From: Candidatus Caldarchaeales archaeon
GTDB lineage: Archaea > Thermoproteota > Nitrososphaeria_A > Caldarchaeales > Calditenuaceae
Direction: 5' to 3'
Length of the DNA: 64,000 nt
Assembly (NCBI GenBank): GCA_039630085.1
Contig: JBCNVM010000006.1
Span: forward strand, 17,967-81,966
Of this stretch, positions 50,794 through 59,065 are shown one piece after another (the stretch's first letter is position 1; every line of letters begins with the position of its first letter). Both the position numbers and the translations under genes were made by a program. The notes beneath the pieces are model-generated. The model did no database searches and was not told the origin of the DNA. It was given only the letters and a program-made list of their open reading frames with translations.

Positions 50794-51542
50794 GGCGCCG
50801 TGTTTTGGGGCATAACCCAGTACCACTTCCCGTCCATAAGTTGTACGCGCTTTACGCCTTCAGCAGTCAGCCGGCTTTGAAGGGTTTGGAGCTTCTCAGC
50901 CATGAACCCTCCCTTGTCGTACATGATGACGGCTTCGTGAACCAAGTCAAGGTAGAACGGCTGAGACGTGTCGACCTCCTCCGTGTCGAGCAGTAGTATC
51001 TCGGGAACAGGGTGAACGCCGAACCTGCTGCCGATGCTGTTTTTCACTTCCTCCCAACCCTCGATCATGCTTAGGGCGAGTCGAACTCTGTCGCCATAGT
51101 GGGGCGGCATGCCGTCGGCGACGACCAGAAGGTCTACGTCGCTGTTTTCAACCGCCCTTCCCCGGGCGACGGAGCCGAACAGAAGTACCGTCCTGAGTTT
51201 CTCTCCAAACCCTTCCCAAAGTCTAGCCAGGATAAACTCCAGCAAAGGCAGGTAAGCTTTCTGCACAACCTTGCTTCGCCAACCAAACATGAGATCCGAC
51301 AGCACTGCTAAAGGATGAACAGCCCGATACTCAGCCCAGCCCACCCTTTCAACCCATCCGAGCCTCGCAAGCCTCGGCAGCACGACCCTAGGGTTACGAA
51401 CTCCAGTGGCCGCGGCATCCGAAGAGGTGAAAACCCCCGTCCAGAAACGGCTCAGCAGCAGGCCGTACTGCCTACCCAGCCAAGAAGGCACCCATTCAGT
51501 CACAGCAACCAAATAGATTACAAAGGATTTAAACACTGCCAC
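50790..51542 (-). CDS. nucleotidyltransferase (MNT antitoxin) with N-terminal wHTH-like extension
   Basis: LFGSVARG....SDVDLL, C-terminal WYW. Confidence 0.88.
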   Translation of the reverse strand: MAVFKSFVIYLVAVTEWVPSWLGRQYGLLLSRFWTGVFTSSDAAATGVRNPRVVLPRLARLGWVERVGWAEYRAVHPLAVLSDLMFGWRSKVVQKAYLPLLEFILARLWEGFGEKLRTVLLFGSVARGRAVENSDVDLLVVADGMPPHYGDRVRLALSMIEGWEEVKNSIGSRFGVHPVPEILLLDTEEVDTSQPFYLDLVHEAVIMYDKGGFMAEKLQTLQSRLTAEGVKRVQLMDGKWYWVMPQNTAP

Positions 51543-51770
51543 ACCTTCCCAGTTGAGCCATGGGTTCTATAGCTAAGGATCCTGACTGCGGCGGTCTACG
51601 AGCAAAAAAGACATGTGTTATGGATGGGGGATCGATTGAACACGGTAAGACGCTAAACGGGTTCGCTCCGAACTCCTGCCGCATAAAATGAATTGAAAAT
51701 GGTAAGAAAAACTACGGGTAATTGGATTCGTACCCGTGAACTCGACCAGACTAACATAGAACAAGGCCTC

Positions 51771-51886
51771 TGCGGGGGGTGGGATTCGAACCCACGAACC
51801 CCTTCCGTCTGGCCGAGACTACGGGGAGCGGCTAGCCCATCCCCGGATCTTGAGGCCGCCGCCTTTGGCCGCTTGGCTACCCCCGC
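51771..51886 (-). tRNA. tRNA-Leu(CAA) with two BHB introns (51834-51848 at 37/38; 51803-51818 in the variable arm)
   Basis: Removing both introns gives a full cloverleaf: GCGGGGG/CCCCCGC acceptor, GCGGC-CTCAAGA-GCCGC, CCCC-GTAG-GGGG arm, GTGGG-TTCGAAT-CCCAC. Confidence 0.92.
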
Positions 51887-51987
51887 TCACCCCTCAACTC
51901 ACTCCGCTAGGGATAAACGTCTCGCTAAATCGGATCCGGCCGATCACGTGAATGGGTTTTAGATGACGCGGCACGATCGTCGCAGGG

Positions 51988-53862
51988 GTGTCGATCAGGA
52001 GGGCGATCGAGGAGGCCCGGAAGGCGCTCGAGCGGGCAGGCGTCGGGGAGCCGAGGGCCTTCCCCACTAAGAGCCTCGCGTTCGGGATCGTGACCAGCAC
52101 CTCGGCTTTCGAGGAGGCCAAGGAGAAGGGAATTGACGCGATGGCCCACGCGGAGGAGGTCGCGTCGAGGGCGAGGCAGCACGTCGGGCCGCTGCTCGCG
52201 GACGTCAGGGCAGCGCAGCCGGGGTACGTCAACTTTTACCCGGACTGGAGCAGGTTCTCGGAGGCCGTCGTGAGAGGGGTCCTCGAGGACGTCAGGTCGT
52301 TCCTCTACGAGGGACTCGGCGGCGGCGAGGTGGTGGTCGAGCACACGAGCGTCAACCCCAATAAGGCCCTCCACGTCGGACACGCGAGGAACGTCTGCAT
52401 CGGCGACACGGTCTACAGGCTGATGTCCAAGGCCGGGAGAAAGGTCACGGTCCTCAACTACGTCGACGATAGCGGCGCCCAGATGGCCGAGCTCCTGCTC
52501 GGGTTCACAGAGCTCGGCTTCGACCTGAACCCACCGCTTGGGACGAGGTTCGACGAGTACTGCGGCGACTCGGTCTACGTCGAGGTGAACAGGCGCGCGA
52601 AGGTCGACGCGGAGATCGAGGCGAAGAGGCGGAGGGTCGCGAAGGAGCTGGAGGAGAGGGGCTCGGAGGCCTTCAGGCTCTCAAGGGAGATAGCCCTGAG
52701 GGTACTGAGGGACCAGCTGAGGACCTGCTACAGGCTCGGCGCGAGCTACGACCTCCTCGTGAGGGAGAGCGACGTCGTTGTCTCCGGGCTCTGGGACGAA
52801 ACCTTCGCGAGGCTGAAGGAGAGCGGGGTCATCTACGTGGCCGACCGAGGGGCGAAGGCCGGTTGCTGGGTCGCGGACCTCTCAGACCACCCCGTGCTCT
52901 CAAAGGAGGGCGACGAGGTCCTGGTGAAGAGCGACGGCTCCACCACCTACGTCGCGAGGGACATCGCGTTCGCGCTCTGGAAGCTCGGCGAGTCGAGGAG
53001 CTCGCTGAAGTTCTCACTCTGGGAGGTCAGGGACGGCAGGCCCACCTACATCTCTTCCGATGAGGGGGTGCCGCTGCGGCCCGGTTCCCCGAGCCTTGTG
53101 ATCACGGTGGTCGACTCGAGGCAGAGGCGTCCGCAGGAGGTCGTGAGACATGCTCTCTCGAGGATCGGCGTCAGCGCCGACAGGTACCTCCACTACTCCT
53201 ACGAGCCCGTCCTCCTCTCCAAGAGGTCCGCGGAGATGCTCGGGGCCAGGGCCGAACGGTCGGCGGTCCAGATGAGCGGAAGGGAGGGAATTTACTTCAA
53301 GGTGGAGCAGGTGCTCGACGAGCTGGTCGAGGTCGCCGCGAGGGAGACGTCCTCGAGGAGGCCCGAGTGGCCGCCCGAGAAGGTCCGGGAGGTGGCTGAG
53401 GCGATCGCGGTCGGCGCGTTCAGGTACGGGATGCTGAAGGTCGACAGCGACAAGCAGATCGTCTTCGACATCGAGGAGTCCCTGAGGCTCGAGGGCGACA
53501 CAGGGCCTTACCTCCAGTACTCCGTCGTGAGGGCCAAGAAGATCCTGCTGAAGGCAGAGGAGGCCGGACTCGAGCCATCGCCCGCGCCCGTTGAGGACCT
53601 CACGCCCCGCGAGATGCAGCTAGTGAGGGAGATCTCAGTCGCCCCGCTCGCCTTCGAGGACGCAGTCAGGACCCTGAGGATAAGGACGCTGGTGACGCAG
53701 GCAAGGACGCTCGCGACCGCGTTCAACGAGTTCTACGAGGGCTGCCCGGTGATCGGAGGAGGACCGAACGCCGGCTTCAGGCTCAGCTTGGTGGCCGCGT
53801 ACGCCAGGGTCCAAGAGGAACTGTTGGAGACGCTCGGCGTCCCAGTCCTCGACGAGCTGTAA
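51988..53862 (+). CDS. argS: arginyl-tRNA synthetase
   Basis: EHTSVNPNKALHVGHARN, KSDG.TTY..RD, MSGREG, GDTGPYLQY. Confidence 0.95.
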   Translation: MSIRRAIEEARKALERAGVGEPRAFPTKSLAFGIVTSTSAFEEAKEKGIDAMAHAEEVASRARQHVGPLLADVRAAQPGYVNFYPDWSRFSEAVVRGVLEDVRSFLYEGLGGGEVVVEHTSVNPNKALHVGHARNVCIGDTVYRLMSKAGRKVTVLNYVDDSGAQMAELLLGFTELGFDLNPPLGTRFDEYCGDSVYVEVNRRAKVDAEIEAKRRRVAKELEERGSEAFRLSREIALRVLRDQLRTCYRLGASYDLLVRESDVVVSGLWDETFARLKESGVIYVADRGAKAGCWVADLSDHPVLSKEGDEVLVKSDGSTTYVARDIAFALWKLGESRSSLKFSLWEVRDGRPTYISSDEGVPLRPGSPSLVITVVDSRQRRPQEVVRHALSRIGVSADRYLHYSYEPVLLSKRSAEMLGARAERSAVQMSGREGIYFKVEQVLDELVEVAARETSSRRPEWPPEKVREVAEAIAVGAFRYGMLKVDSDKQIVFDIEESLRLEGDTGPYLQYSVVRAKKILLKAEEAGLEPSPAPVEDLTPREMQLVREISVAPLAFEDAVRTLRIRTLVTQARTLATAFNEFYEGCPVIGGGPNAGFRLSLVAAYARVQEELLETLGVPVLDEL

Positions 53863-53909
53863 CCCTAGAGGCGTCATAACTAAATTATCCGAGCGAAGGG
53901 GTGCGTCTG

Positions 53910-53984
53910 GGGCCGGTAGATCAGCGGCAGATCGCCCGGTTCGCACCCGGGAGGTCCGGGGTTCGAATCCCCGCCGGTCCACCA
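53910..53984 (+). tRNA. tRNA-Ala(CGC), CCA encoded
   Basis: GGGCCGG/CCGGTCC acceptor with G3:U70, CCCGG-TTCGCAC-CCGGG, TTCGAAT, ACCA. Confidence 0.95.
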
Positions 53985-54052
53985 GGGAACATGTTTGCGA
54001 TATCCTGGCGCTCCGTGAAGTTTCCTCAGGTCAGGTCCTCGCAGGTGTTCTA

Positions 54053-54149
54053 CGGGCCCGCCGGGACTCGAACCCGGGACCTCCGGCTCTCTCCGCTCGA
54101 AGCCATCGCTCCGCAGGCCGGCGCCCTGTCCATGCTAGGCCACGGGCCC
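54053..54149 (-). tRNA. tRNA-Arg(GCG) with a 22-nt intron (54089-54110)
   Basis: GGGCCCG/CGGGCCC acceptor, CCGGC-CTGCGG^A-GCCGG after splicing, TTCGAGT T-loop. Confidence 0.88.
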
Positions 54150-54187
54150 TTCAGATATCAGAGCCTTGTCTCGTTTTATTAACTTCC
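54133..54187. repeat. direct repeat copy 1 (tRNA-Arg 5' end plus promoter)
   Basis: 22 bp tgctaggccacgggcccttcag and 18 bp ctcgttttattaacttcc both recur exactly 1364 bp downstream. Confidence 0.88.
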
Positions 54188-54371
54188 TGAGAGCCTCGAC
54201 GGGAGGGTCCAACGGCGCGCATCCCCCTCTCAGGCGGCTCTCAAGACCGGAGCGGGAACGGATGTTTAGAGAGCGAACGCTCGCCTTTCTCCCAGCAACT
54301 GCACAGCGCATTCGATAAGGAGATCAATTGAATCCCGGTGAACTGGAGGCGGAAGACTGAGCGGTCTGCGG

Positions 54372-54668
54372 TCAATCCAGGTCAGACAACGAGCAGCTCG
54401 CTTTAACAGGTCTCCCGACCTTGAGGAACCCGATCGCCTCTCGCTTTGAGTACCCTAAGTCCTCTAAGAGGGACACGAGCTGCTTAACGATTCCTACCGA
54501 AAGTTCGTCATGCAGCGGGACCGTAACCGCCTTCTCTCCGCGCCTCAGTAAGCAGTGAGATCCCCTCGTTCTCTGCTCCTTGAAGCAGATTTTATTCAGG
54601 TAGGAGATTACCTTCTTCCCCGGGAGATCCCTTGGCAACTTGGACAAGTCAGTGCGCTTTTGTCTCAA
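54372..54668 (-). CDS. HicA-family toxin
   Basis: RTRGSH..L......VTVPLH.EL..G; overlaps the upstream antitoxin. Confidence 0.85.
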   Translation of the reverse strand: MRQKRTDLSKLPRDLPGKKVISYLNKICFKEQRTRGSHCLLRRGEKAVTVPLHDELSVGIVKQLVSLLEDLGYSKREAIGFLKVGRPVKASCSLSDLD

Positions 54669-55401
54669 TAGTGTAAAGCTCTATCGCCTCAGAGACGTTC
54701 CTCATCGCCTCTTCCTTGTTCTTCCCCTGAGACACGGTGCCCGGCAAAGATGGGACGATGGCAGTAATATATTTTTCTCCTCTGTAACGAACTAGCAGAA
54801 CCCTCATGCCGCTCACGGTCGTCTCCTCCAGCTCCTCGACGTCAGGGTCTGTCACCACCCTCAACCAAGTCAGCTCGTCTTCTCTGAAGTCGAGCCTCTT
54901 CTCGAACTTACGCGGCACCAGAAGCGTCGTTCGTTCTTTGACCTTAGAAATCGGTTCCTTCTTTCCCTTAAGTGGCCTTCGAGCGGAGTAGACGCGGTCC
55001 AATAACGCTCTGAGAGGCACCTTGCCGAACTCATCGACCTTCTCTGCGATCATCTCAATCACTCTCTCATTCCTCGCGAACGGAGCACTCATACGGTCGA
55101 GGACCATTTTCCCTTTCTCGGTTACAAAATAGCCCTTTTCGTCTTTGGAGATCAGTCCTGCCTTTTTCAGCTCACTCAAGTCGCCCCCGAGGTCTCTGCT
55201 GAAGGGACCGTACCTGTGTCTGATGAAGTAGTAATGCAACGCGCTCAATTTCTCCGCGAGCAGCTGCCTCTCGATGAGGAAGACGATCTTCTGGAGCTTA
55301 GTAGCACTCGCGTCGGCCCCTCTTCCCCTCAACTGGTCGATGACGTACAGAACGATCAGCTTATCGATCGCTTGCTGGTTAGTCGTCCTCGCCAACTCCA
55401 T
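54649..55401 (-). CDS. Panacea/SocA(DUF4065)-like domain fused to a C-terminal HicB domain
   Basis: TKLQKIVF...YYF.RHRYGPFS; C-terminal VPSLPGTVSQG...EEA..N..EAIELY; ATG 55401 has a TATA ~25 nt upstream. Confidence 0.75.
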   Translation of the reverse strand: MELARTTNQQAIDKLIVLYVIDQLRGRGADASATKLQKIVFLIERQLLAEKLSALHYYFIRHRYGPFSRDLGGDLSELKKAGLISKDEKGYFVTEKGKMVLDRMSAPFARNERVIEMIAEKVDEFGKVPLRALLDRVYSARRPLKGKKEPISKVKERTTLLVPRKFEKRLDFREDELTWLRVVTDPDVEELEETTVSGMRVLLVRYRGEKYITAIVPSLPGTVSQGKNKEEAMRNVSEAIELYTIETKAH

Positions 55402-55496
55402 TTCATCGTGCGCGAGGCCAATATTTAGCGGCTGTCGGTGACCGGGTGGGCTACGAACCGCGGAGGTCCTCAGCTCATAGAGGGCTTCGTTCACTT

Positions 55497-55551
55497 TGCT
55501 AGGCCACGGGCCCTTCAGCCGTCAATTTTTCGGCTCGTTTTATTAACTTCC
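55497..55551. repeat. direct repeat copy 2 (tRNA-Arg 5' end plus promoter)
   Basis: Identical blocks 55497-55518 and 55534-55551. Confidence 0.88.
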
Positions 55552-55986
55552 CGAAGACTTCACCGGCCGGCGATCTTTCGACGCGATATAACCACTTCAA
55601 CTCCGTCATCACGGCAGGACCTCTTCTCCCTCTTGCTTTGATGGAGATCGACGCCACCTAACCCGCAGGATTAGCCTCAGGTTCCTTGGTAGCTCCGGTT
55701 GCGGTCAGCATATCGCGACGACAGGCCTGAAGGGCCTTTCGACGTCGAAAGCGCCCTGCGACAGACCTTCCGGAGATCCACCTCCTAGGCCCTTTAAGCC
55801 GCATCAGGTGCCGGCCCATATGGATCGAAAAGCGAGATTGTGCAACGTTCTTCGAACTTTTGAACTAGCGAATTTGTAGTTACGACCAGGTATTATGCGT
55901 CATCCGGCAGATCCTCTCAGGTTAAGCAACGGATTAACACTGTGATCGAAAAATGATATATGCCTGCAGGTGTAAGTACGTGCGCT

Positions 55987-57741
55987 ATGGTGTTCGAGAC
56001 GCCATTCGGAATAACGGCGATCGGCATCGTGATCTTCCTGCTGACGTTCTTCACGTACAGCAAGTGGGTCGACAGGAGGGTCTGGAGCCCTGACCCGAAA
56101 AAGCCGACGCCCGCGCACATGTACATGGACGGCGTCGAGTTCTTCCCCGTGAGCCGCTTCGTTCTCTACGGGTTCCAGTGGAACTCCATCGCCGCGCTGG
56201 GGCCGATACTGGGGCCAGGGATCGCTCTGACCTTCGGGTGGCTTCCCGCGTTCCTCTGGATCATATTCGCCGCCCTGCTGATCGGATGGGTCCAGGACTA
56301 CAGCTCGATGTTCCTCTCGGTCAGGAAGGAGGGCAGGTCCTTCGGCCCGATCGCGTACGAGCTGCTGGGCCCGACCCCGAGGAGGCTGCTGCTCGGGTTC
56401 CTGCTCTTCTACCTCCTCCTGATCAACGCGGCGTTCCTATTCGTCGTGGCGACCGTCGTCGACGCTTGGGCGGGCTCGTTCTGGTCGCTGATGGTCCTAG
56501 TCATTGCAGCCGTCATCACCGGCCACCTGCTCTTCAAGGTGAAGATGCCTGTGGTGCAGGTCACGCTGATCGCGGTCGTACTGCTCGCCATTGGCGTCGT
56601 CGTTGGGACCGTCTTCAACTGGCCTCCGCCGGGAACCTTGGGCACTGCTCCTTACACGCTCTGGTACATCCCGCTGATCGCGTTGCTCGTGGCCGGCGCG
56701 ATCCTCCCCATGCCCCGGCTGATCACGCCGATGAACTACATCGCCTACTACACGCTCTTCCCAGCGGTCATCATGCTCGCGGTCGGCGCCCTCGCCTCGA
56801 TCGTGACGGGCGTGAAGGTCAACACTCCGGCGTTTACCACGTTCTTCGGCCCGTTCGCGACCGGACCGCTGTGGCCGGCTCTGTTCGTCAGCATCGCCTG
56901 CGGTGCCATCTCAGGCTGGCACTCGCTGGTGAGCACCGGCTTAACCAGTAAGCAGATCGACGTCGAGACCGACATCAGGCCCGTGGGAGCCGGAGCCATG
57001 CTCAGCGAGAACCTCGTGGGACTCACCTCGCTCGCCGCGTGGATAGTGTTGCCTGCGGGGACCGCGGTCGCGCCCGCGAACTTCCCAAGGGGCGCCGTGA
57101 CGCTCACGAGCCCGATCTTCGGAGGAGCCGCTGCAGCACCGGTCCTGTCGATATTCTTCGCCAGCTACATGGTCGGGATGGCCGTGACGATCCTTACGAT
57201 CCTGGGAAGGTTCTGGAGGGTCACGATGGCCGAGATATTCTCAGGGACGCCGCTCCACGTCCTCGGGAACAAGTACGTCGCTACCGTGCTGGGGTTCGTG
57301 CTGCCGGTGGCTTTCGTCCTGACCGGTTCGTGGATCAACATCTGGCTCTACTTCGGGGGCACCAACCAGCTGCTGGCAGGGTTCGCGCTGCTGATCGTCG
57401 GGCTCTACCTGTTCTCGCTCAGGAGGTTCCACTGGTACAGCACAATCCCGGGCCTCTTCATGATGGTGACGACGCTGGCCGCGATCGCCTGGCAGACCAA
57501 CGTGTTCGCCACAGCGACCATCAACCCGGTCATAAGGAGGCCCGACGGCACCATCGCCCCGTTCTTCGCGCAGCAGGCTCCGCTGCTCAGCCTCGGAGGT
57601 CCGGGAGCTCTGACGGCTGTCAACGCCTTCTCAACCGTAATGGGCGTCATAATGTTCGTGATCGGGCTGATGATGGCGCTCTTCTTCGTCAGGGCCTTCG
57701 TCAGGTACGCGAGGCAGCCGGCTCAGCCAGCCACGAGCTAA
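55987..57741 (+). CDS. CstA-family (carbon starvation protein A) transporter
   Basis: TPAH...DGVEF.P, SIAALGPILGP, WLPA.LWI, IACGAISGWHSL, G.GAML.E, IW.YFGGTNQLLA. Confidence 0.92.
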   Translation: MVFETPFGITAIGIVIFLLTFFTYSKWVDRRVWSPDPKKPTPAHMYMDGVEFFPVSRFVLYGFQWNSIAALGPILGPGIALTFGWLPAFLWIIFAALLIGWVQDYSSMFLSVRKEGRSFGPIAYELLGPTPRRLLLGFLLFYLLLINAAFLFVVATVVDAWAGSFWSLMVLVIAAVITGHLLFKVKMPVVQVTLIAVVLLAIGVVVGTVFNWPPPGTLGTAPYTLWYIPLIALLVAGAILPMPRLITPMNYIAYYTLFPAVIMLAVGALASIVTGVKVNTPAFTTFFGPFATGPLWPALFVSIACGAISGWHSLVSTGLTSKQIDVETDIRPVGAGAMLSENLVGLTSLAAWIVLPAGTAVAPANFPRGAVTLTSPIFGGAAAAPVLSIFFASYMVGMAVTILTILGRFWRVTMAEIFSGTPLHVLGNKYVATVLGFVLPVAFVLTGSWINIWLYFGGTNQLLAGFALLIVGLYLFSLRRFHWYSTIPGLFMMVTTLAAIAWQTNVFATATINPVIRRPDGTIAPFFAQQAPLLSLGGPGALTAVNAFSTVMGVIMFVIGLMMALFFVRAFVRYARQPAQPATS

Positions 57742-57790
57742 GTCTTTTCAGTCAACGTTTTTTAAATGGTCAACAGGGACACCCATTGGA

Positions 57791-58063
57791 ATGGGTAAGG
57801 GCGGTTTTCTTTCGTCGATGAAGAAGGCGCTGTCCGAGGTCACCTACGGGGCCGCGCTGCACGGTCAGGTCTCCGCGGTCCTCAAGACGAGGATGTACAT
57901 CGAGCACATGTTCATCCTGATGATACTCGGCGACATGCTGGGGTTCCCGATACTTCCGCCCTACTACTCGCTGAGGCTGCTGCCGTACGCGGTCCCCAAC
58001 GTGAAGGCCTGGAAGCACAGGTTCTACAGGGAGAGGGACTTCACCGACGTGATCTACGGGTGA
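57791..58063 (+). CDS. small membrane-associated protein of the CstA/ArsA-associated type
   Basis: EHMFILMILGDMLGFP..PPYYSLRLLPY...W pattern; lies between cstA and the arsA pair. Confidence 0.72.
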   Translation: MGKGGFLSSMKKALSEVTYGAALHGQVSAVLKTRMYIEHMFILMILGDMLGFPILPPYYSLRLLPYAVPNVKAWKHRFYRERDFTDVIYG

Positions 58064-58072
58064 TCTTAAGAG

Positions 58073-59065
58073 ATGGGTTGGGGCCTCAGGGAGATCATCC
58101 TCAGGGACGGAGGCCCCCGCATGGTGATTTTCGCGGGGAAGGGAGGCCTCGGTAAGACGACGAGCAGCGCCGCTCTGGCGTACTCCGCGGCCCTCTCCGG
58201 CAAGAGGGTGCTCTGCTTCAGCACCGACCCGCAGGCCAGCCTCAGCGACATCTTCGAGCGGGACATCTTCGGAAAGGGCGAGGTCGAGGTGGCCCCGAAC
58301 CTCTTCGTCGTCGAGATAGACGCGGACGCGAAGATAAGCGCGTACATCGCGGAGGTTAAGCAGAGAATCAAGGACATGTACAAGCTGGATGAGATCCCCG
58401 CCGAGATCGAGGCCTACATCGACAGCTCGGTCGCGGAGCCAGCGATGTACGAGTCGGCGACCTACGACGCGATGGCCGACTACCTCGCGAGGGGCGACTA
58501 CGACCTGTACGTCTTCGACATGCCGCCCTTCGGCCACGGGATAAGGATGCTGACGATGGCCGACGTCCTGACCAGCTGGGTCGAGAAGCTCACGGAGGTC
58601 CGGGAGAAGGCCAGGGAGTACGACGAGATCGCGAGCAGGCTGAAGGGGGAGAGGCTGATCAAGGAGGACGAGATCCTGACCGAGCTCAAGGCCATCAGGG
58701 ACAAGCTGACGACCTTCACCGACTTCATGAGGGACAAGACCAAGTCCGCGTTCTTCATGGTCATGACCCCCGAGATGATGTCCGTCTACGACACCGAGAG
58801 GGCCCTCGAGGCCTTCGGGTCGATCGGCCTCACCCTCTCCGGGATCGTCCTGAACAAGGTCCTCCCGAGGGAGCTCGAGTCAAGCCCGTCGCCGTACATC
58901 TCCTACAGGTACAAGCAGCAGGAGGCGGTGCTGAAGGTGATAGAGGAGAAGTTCGGAGACCTCGTCGTCGCCGCGATCCCGATGTTCCCTAGGGAGCCGA
59001 AGGGCCTGGAGGGACTGAAGGAGGTCGCGAGGCACCTCGTCGACGGGGTGACGAGGGTTTGGTGA
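58073..59065 (+). CDS. ArsA/GET3-family ATPase 1
   Basis: GKGGLGKTT, STDPQASLSD, EID, FDMPPFGH, PE, NK. Confidence 0.92.
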   Translation: MGWGLREIILRDGGPRMVIFAGKGGLGKTTSSAALAYSAALSGKRVLCFSTDPQASLSDIFERDIFGKGEVEVAPNLFVVEIDADAKISAYIAEVKQRIKDMYKLDEIPAEIEAYIDSSVAEPAMYESATYDAMADYLARGDYDLYVFDMPPFGHGIRMLTMADVLTSWVEKLTEVREKAREYDEIASRLKGERLIKEDEILTELKAIRDKLTTFTDFMRDKTKSAFFMVMTPEMMSVYDTERALEAFGSIGLTLSGIVLNKVLPRELESSPSPYISYRYKQQEAVLKVIEEKFGDLVVAAIPMFPREPKGLEGLKEVARHLVDGVTRVW

